NCBI GenBank assembly: GCA_050011875.1
Contig: JBEKIG010000001.1
Coordinates: 1 to 64,000 of the forward strand
Length of the DNA stretch: 64,000 nucleotides
Reading direction: 5' to 3'
Origin: Nitrososphaeria archaeon
Lineage (GTDB): Archaea; Thermoproteota; Nitrososphaeria; JACIWG01
Shown here: one piece after another, positions 60,785 to 64,000 of the stretch
How the letters are laid out: each line of letters starts with the position of its first letter
How positions within the stretch are numbered: the stretch's first letter is position 1
Program-made: the position numbers and the translations under genes
The notes under the pieces: model-generated
The model's input: the letters and a program-made list of their open reading frames with translations, nothing else
Told to the model about the DNA's origin: nothing
The model's database searches: none

Positions 60785-61591
60785 TTATGTTACAACCTTT
60801 GGAAATATTCTCCAAACTAATTCGAAGAAGAAATTAATTCCATTAGCTATGTTTGGATCATTTATCAGTAAACTATTGTCTTTTTCAACATTTAGATTTG
60901 TTGAATCGTCCTCTGTAGAGGATATTAACATATACTTACCGTCGAATATATTTATTCGAAATCCCTTTGGGATTTCTATATTCTGTATTTCTCCTAATCC
61001 TTCGAAAGCTTTGATAATTTCAGAATCTTTTTTTTCATCAAATTTAGAAATCCATCTAATTCTGACACCTCTCTTTACAGCGTTTTTGTAGGCTATTTCT
61101 AATTTTGAGTTTAAAGTCCTTATTAGGCCATTTTTTGTAGTCATAATATTTATTTCAGTTTTAGCATTAGTCGATAATCTCTCGAGCGTTTTAAGAGCCA
61201 GTTCTCTACCCTGAATTACATTGAACCGTGGAGCTTGGGGCATAGGTTGGGATTTTGGTATTTTCTCAAGTTCAGATAAAATGATTGTCTTTTCTTCTAC
61301 GCATTTTTCAACCTTTTCTATCATGTTTTTTATTAAACCGTCCAAGGCCACCGACATTGGGATAGATACAAATAGAGCAGGCTTTTGGAGCGTAGCCTCT
61401 ATCAATCCTAAAGATTGTAATTTTTTGAGAATCCTATAGGTCCGAGCTCTATCAATATTAGTTAGATTACTTAACTCACTAGCCTTTAGAGGCTTATTAG
61501 AGGCTAAACAAACAAGTAATTTACATTCCTCTCCATCTAGCCCAAAAAATTTTAATTTTTCTGTTAGCTCCTGCATTCTTACTTTAGCCAA
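60785..61591 (-). CDS. TrmB-family sugar-sensing transcriptional regulator
   Basis: N-terminal wHTH (ASELS...RARTYRILKKLQSLGLI) and PLD-like effector domain (AVKRGVRIR, IFDGK). Confidence 0.9.
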   Translation of the reverse strand: MAKVRMQELTEKLKFFGLDGEECKLLVCLASNKPLKASELSNLTNIDRARTYRILKKLQSLGLIEATLQKPALFVSIPMSVALDGLIKNMIEKVEKCVEEKTIILSELEKIPKSQPMPQAPRFNVIQGRELALKTLERLSTNAKTEINIMTTKNGLIRTLNSKLEIAYKNAVKRGVRIRWISKFDEKKDSEIIKAFEGLGEIQNIEIPKGFRINIFDGKYMLISSTEDDSTNLNVEKDNSLLINDPNIANGINFFFELVWRIFPKVVT

Positions 61592-61661
61592 TTTTATGGG
61601 AAATATTTAAGAGTTGCTTTGTAGAAAACTTTAATAATAATATAAATTTTATTTAACCCCA

Positions 61662-61677
61662 GTCTATAGTCATAGAC
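61662..61677. promoter_or_regulatory. Candidate TrmB operator
   Basis: GTCTAT-AGTC-ATAGAC palindrome in the divergent trmB / binding-protein intergenic region. Confidence 0.4.
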
Positions 61678-61822
61678 ATTAAAATTTAACAAACCTCATT
61701 ATAAAAAAATAAAAAATTGCCAACCTTATAAATAAAGCTTATTTTTATTATAAAAAGAAAAGGATATATAAATACATTTGTTTGTTCAATTTGGAAACAC
61801 ATAGACTTATAAAACAATTTAT

Positions 61823-63433
61823 ATGTTGCACAAAAGCATGTCACAAACGGAACAAAATATTCCGCAAAAACCTAATCGAAGGAAATTTCTTACATACGCG
61901 GGTGCTGCCGCAGCTGTGATTATCGTAGGTGGTGTAGCATATTACATTGGCACTTCTAATCGACAAACTTCTACAACAACTGCGACGTCTACTCTTGCTC
62001 CAACAACTGTAACGTCTACGTCTACTCTTGCTCCAACAACTGTAACGTCTACGTCTACTCTTGCTCCAACAACTGTAACGTCTACGTCTACTCTTGCTCC
62101 AACAACTGTTACAACAACTACGACGTCTACTACTACTAAACTTGCTGCTCCAATAGATTTCTGGTCGCCACCTTGGGGTGACCCAACGTTACAGAAAAAT
62201 CTTATAAATGGATATGTTGCTGGCTATAACCAGCAAACAGGGAATGCAGCAACATGGGAATATCTAGACTGGACGACAACATTTAATAGAGAGGCCTTGA
62301 TTTTTGAAGGCGGAGCCGCTCCAGATGTTGCCATCGGTTGTTTTACTTCTACTTATGCCCCACGAAGTACAGCCACACTTGGACTGATGCCGTTAGACGA
62401 CTATGTGAATACCCTGTTAAACCAAAACGATTACGCCATTGATCTAACGACGGCTGACCCAGGATTAGACTATTACTTTCCGGACTCCATAGCCCCAGGC
62501 GGTCACAATTGGTGGGCTGTACCATGGTTTGCAGAGACATGTGCATCAACATATCGAAAGGACATATTTGAACAAAATAATATTACTCCTCCCACGACCC
62601 TTGACGAGCAAGTAGAAATTGGTAAAAAATTGACTAACCCATCTGGCGGTGTCTACGCGATGGGTATGGGATGGGGTGACCCAGTAAGTGTGTGTAACAA
62701 CTGGTCTTATACATTCCTCGCAATGGGTGGTGGAGATGGAAAAGGAGGACCTTATCTGGAACCTGATGCAAATGGAATATATTGGAATAGCACAAAAATG
62801 GCCATAAACAACGATGCTGCAAAAGCATCTCTACAGTACTGGTATGATATGGTTTGGACGTACAATATAGTCTCTCCGGAGGTAACAAGCCCTACATACA
62901 ACGCTGAATCCGACTTTATGGCAGGAAAAGCTCTATGGTTTACTGCCCCAGCATGGGTTGGTGCCGATATCAACTCAAGTGCTCCTCAGCTGAAGGGTAA
63001 ATTCGATGCATTCATGCTTGTTAAGGATGCCACAACAGGCCTTCGTGGCGCTTCAATCGTCTACTGTCCATATTATATCTACGCCACTACAAAGTATCCT
63101 GATGCATGTGTCGATTTCATCAACTACCTTAACGATCCGGCCCGTGAACTCACAATAGATTTGCAGTACAGATTAGAACCTCTTAAGAAGTCAGCAATCA
63201 CAGATCCGACATTCTTAGCAGACACATATATGAAAGTCTTTGTTGACCAGATTAATACAGGGGAAGTACATGCAATACCTCCAGGGAACCCACACTCACA
63301 AGCACTTGTCGCAAGTAGCACAGGGCCAATCTACAACATGGTCATGAGTGTTCTATCAAAAACGGCCACAATTCCTGAGGCAATCGCAACCTGCGAAACA
63401 GCAGGCAACGCAATTTTAGCACAACCTGTGTAA
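61823..63433 (+). CDS. Sugar ABC transporter substrate-binding protein with Tat-like signal and Thr-rich linker
   Basis: NRRKFL plus TM segment, Thr repeats, YRKDIF...PTTLDE family-1 SBP motif. Confidence 0.9.
   Translation: MLHKSMSQTEQNIPQKPNRRKFLTYAGAAAAVIIVGGVAYYIGTSNRQTSTTTATSTLAPTTVTSTSTLAPTTVTSTSTLAPTTVTSTSTLAPTTVTTTTTSTTTKLAAPIDFWSPPWGDPTLQKNLINGYVAGYNQQTGNAATWEYLDWTTTFNREALIFEGGAAPDVAIGCFTSTYAPRSTATLGLMPLDDYVNTLLNQNDYAIDLTTADPGLDYYFPDSIAPGGHNWWAVPWFAETCASTYRKDIFEQNNITPPTTLDEQVEIGKKLTNPSGGVYAMGMGWGDPVSVCNNWSYTFLAMGGGDGKGGPYLEPDANGIYWNSTKMAINNDAAKASLQYWYDMVWTYNIVSPEVTSPTYNAESDFMAGKALWFTAPAWVGADINSSAPQLKGKFDAFMLVKDATTGLRGASIVYCPYYIYATTKYPDACVDFINYLNDPARELTIDLQYRLEPLKKSAITDPTFLADTYMKVFVDQINTGEVHAIPPGNPHSQALVASSTGPIYNMVMSVLSKTATIPEAIATCETAGNAILAQPV
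61985..62109 (+). repeat. 33-bp coding tandem repeat (about 3.8 copies, TSTLAPTTVTS)
   Basis: ACGTCTACTCTTGCTCCAACAACTGTAACGTCT repeated identically. Confidence 0.95.
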
Positions 63434-63439
63434 TAAATA

Positions 63440-63470
63440 AGAGGGAACTCCCTCTATCTTTATTTTTTTA
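63440..63470 (+). terminator. Stem-loop plus T-rich tract between the binding-protein and permease genes
   Basis: AGAGGG-AACT-CCCTCT followed by TTTATTTTTT. Confidence 0.5.
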
Positions 63471-63484
63471 TAATAATGATATAT

Positions 63485-64000
63485 ATGGCGACCAAGAAAA
63501 GTTGGTTTCCCTACGCAATGATTTCTGTCGCAGTAATAGTTAGCATGGTTATGAACGTTTATCCTTTGTTACTCGCTATATTTATGAGCTTTCAGAACTT
63601 TGTCGGCAGTTCGAATCATTTCGTAGGATTGTATAATTATATCAGTGTTCTTACAGATCCGACTTTTTGGTTCGTTTTCGAAGTGACAATAGTATGGACA
63701 ATATTAGTTGTATCATTCTCTGGTCTTTTGGGACTTGGTACCGCTTTACTTTTAAATGAAGAATACAGATTTAGGGGTATAGTAAGGAGCATTATCATAA
63801 TACCCTGGGTTGCGCCACCTGTTGTAATCGCATATATTTGGGTCTGGATATATTCTGCTGGATTCAGCCCAATTAGCGATTTCCTTGAGAGAGTACATTT
63901 AATAAGTGGGCCAATATATTGGCTTAGTGACCTATCTATTAAAGTAGGTCCCCTCTCGTTTCCTCTTCTCTCACTTGTTCTAGTAGGAGTTTGGGCTGGG
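63485..64000 (+). CDS. Sugar ABC transporter permease (partial, runs off the edge)
   Basis: YPLLLAIFMSF, FVGLYNY...DPTFW and LLLN...RSIIIIPWVAPPVV (MalF-like). Confidence 0.9.
   Translation, partial: MATKKSWFPYAMISVAVIVSMVMNVYPLLLAIFMSFQNFVGSSNHFVGLYNYISVLTDPTFWFVFEVTIVWTILVVSFSGLLGLGTALLLNEEYRFRGIVRSIIIIPWVAPPVVIAYIWVWIYSAGFSPISDFLERVHLISGPIYWLSDLSIKVGPLSFPLLSLVLVGVWAG

Overview
AT-rich archaeal DNA, probably from a TACK-lineage anaerobe or facultative anaerobe (Nitrososphaeria/Bathyarchaeia-like; inferred from IleS/YchF types, TrmB and HTH-10 regulators and TATA promoters). Layout: (1) 1-7.8 kb, a PAS sensor followed by a patchwork of small accessory genes, repeats and hairpins. (2) 7.9-37.6 kb, housekeeping core: ileS, beta-CASP nuclease, ychF, cysS, carB/carA, hypF-C-D, thioredoxin, hypE, two M20 peptidases, FAD oxidoreductase, DUF763, trxB, amidohydrolase, plus a few decayed insertions. 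(3) About 37.7-52.7 kb, a mosaic integrative/defence island with a tyrosine integrase directly behind an orphan tRNA 3' half (attP-like junction), a type IIG restriction-modification fusion, an hsdM scar and many gene fragments. (4) 53-64 kb, a sugar/sugar-acid catabolism cluster with a TrmB regulator and an ABC transporter. Most unusual observations: an array of four hairpins with unrelated stems but a conserved dif-like centre (50087-50280); three diverged copies of one gene's 3' end plus a 28-bp site that mark module junctions; a perfect 33-bp inverted repeat 51 kb apart; a carA gene with no canonical start codon for its conserved N-terminus; and a KDPG aldolase-glyoxalase fusion. All family calls come from motifs recognised by eye; no database search was run.
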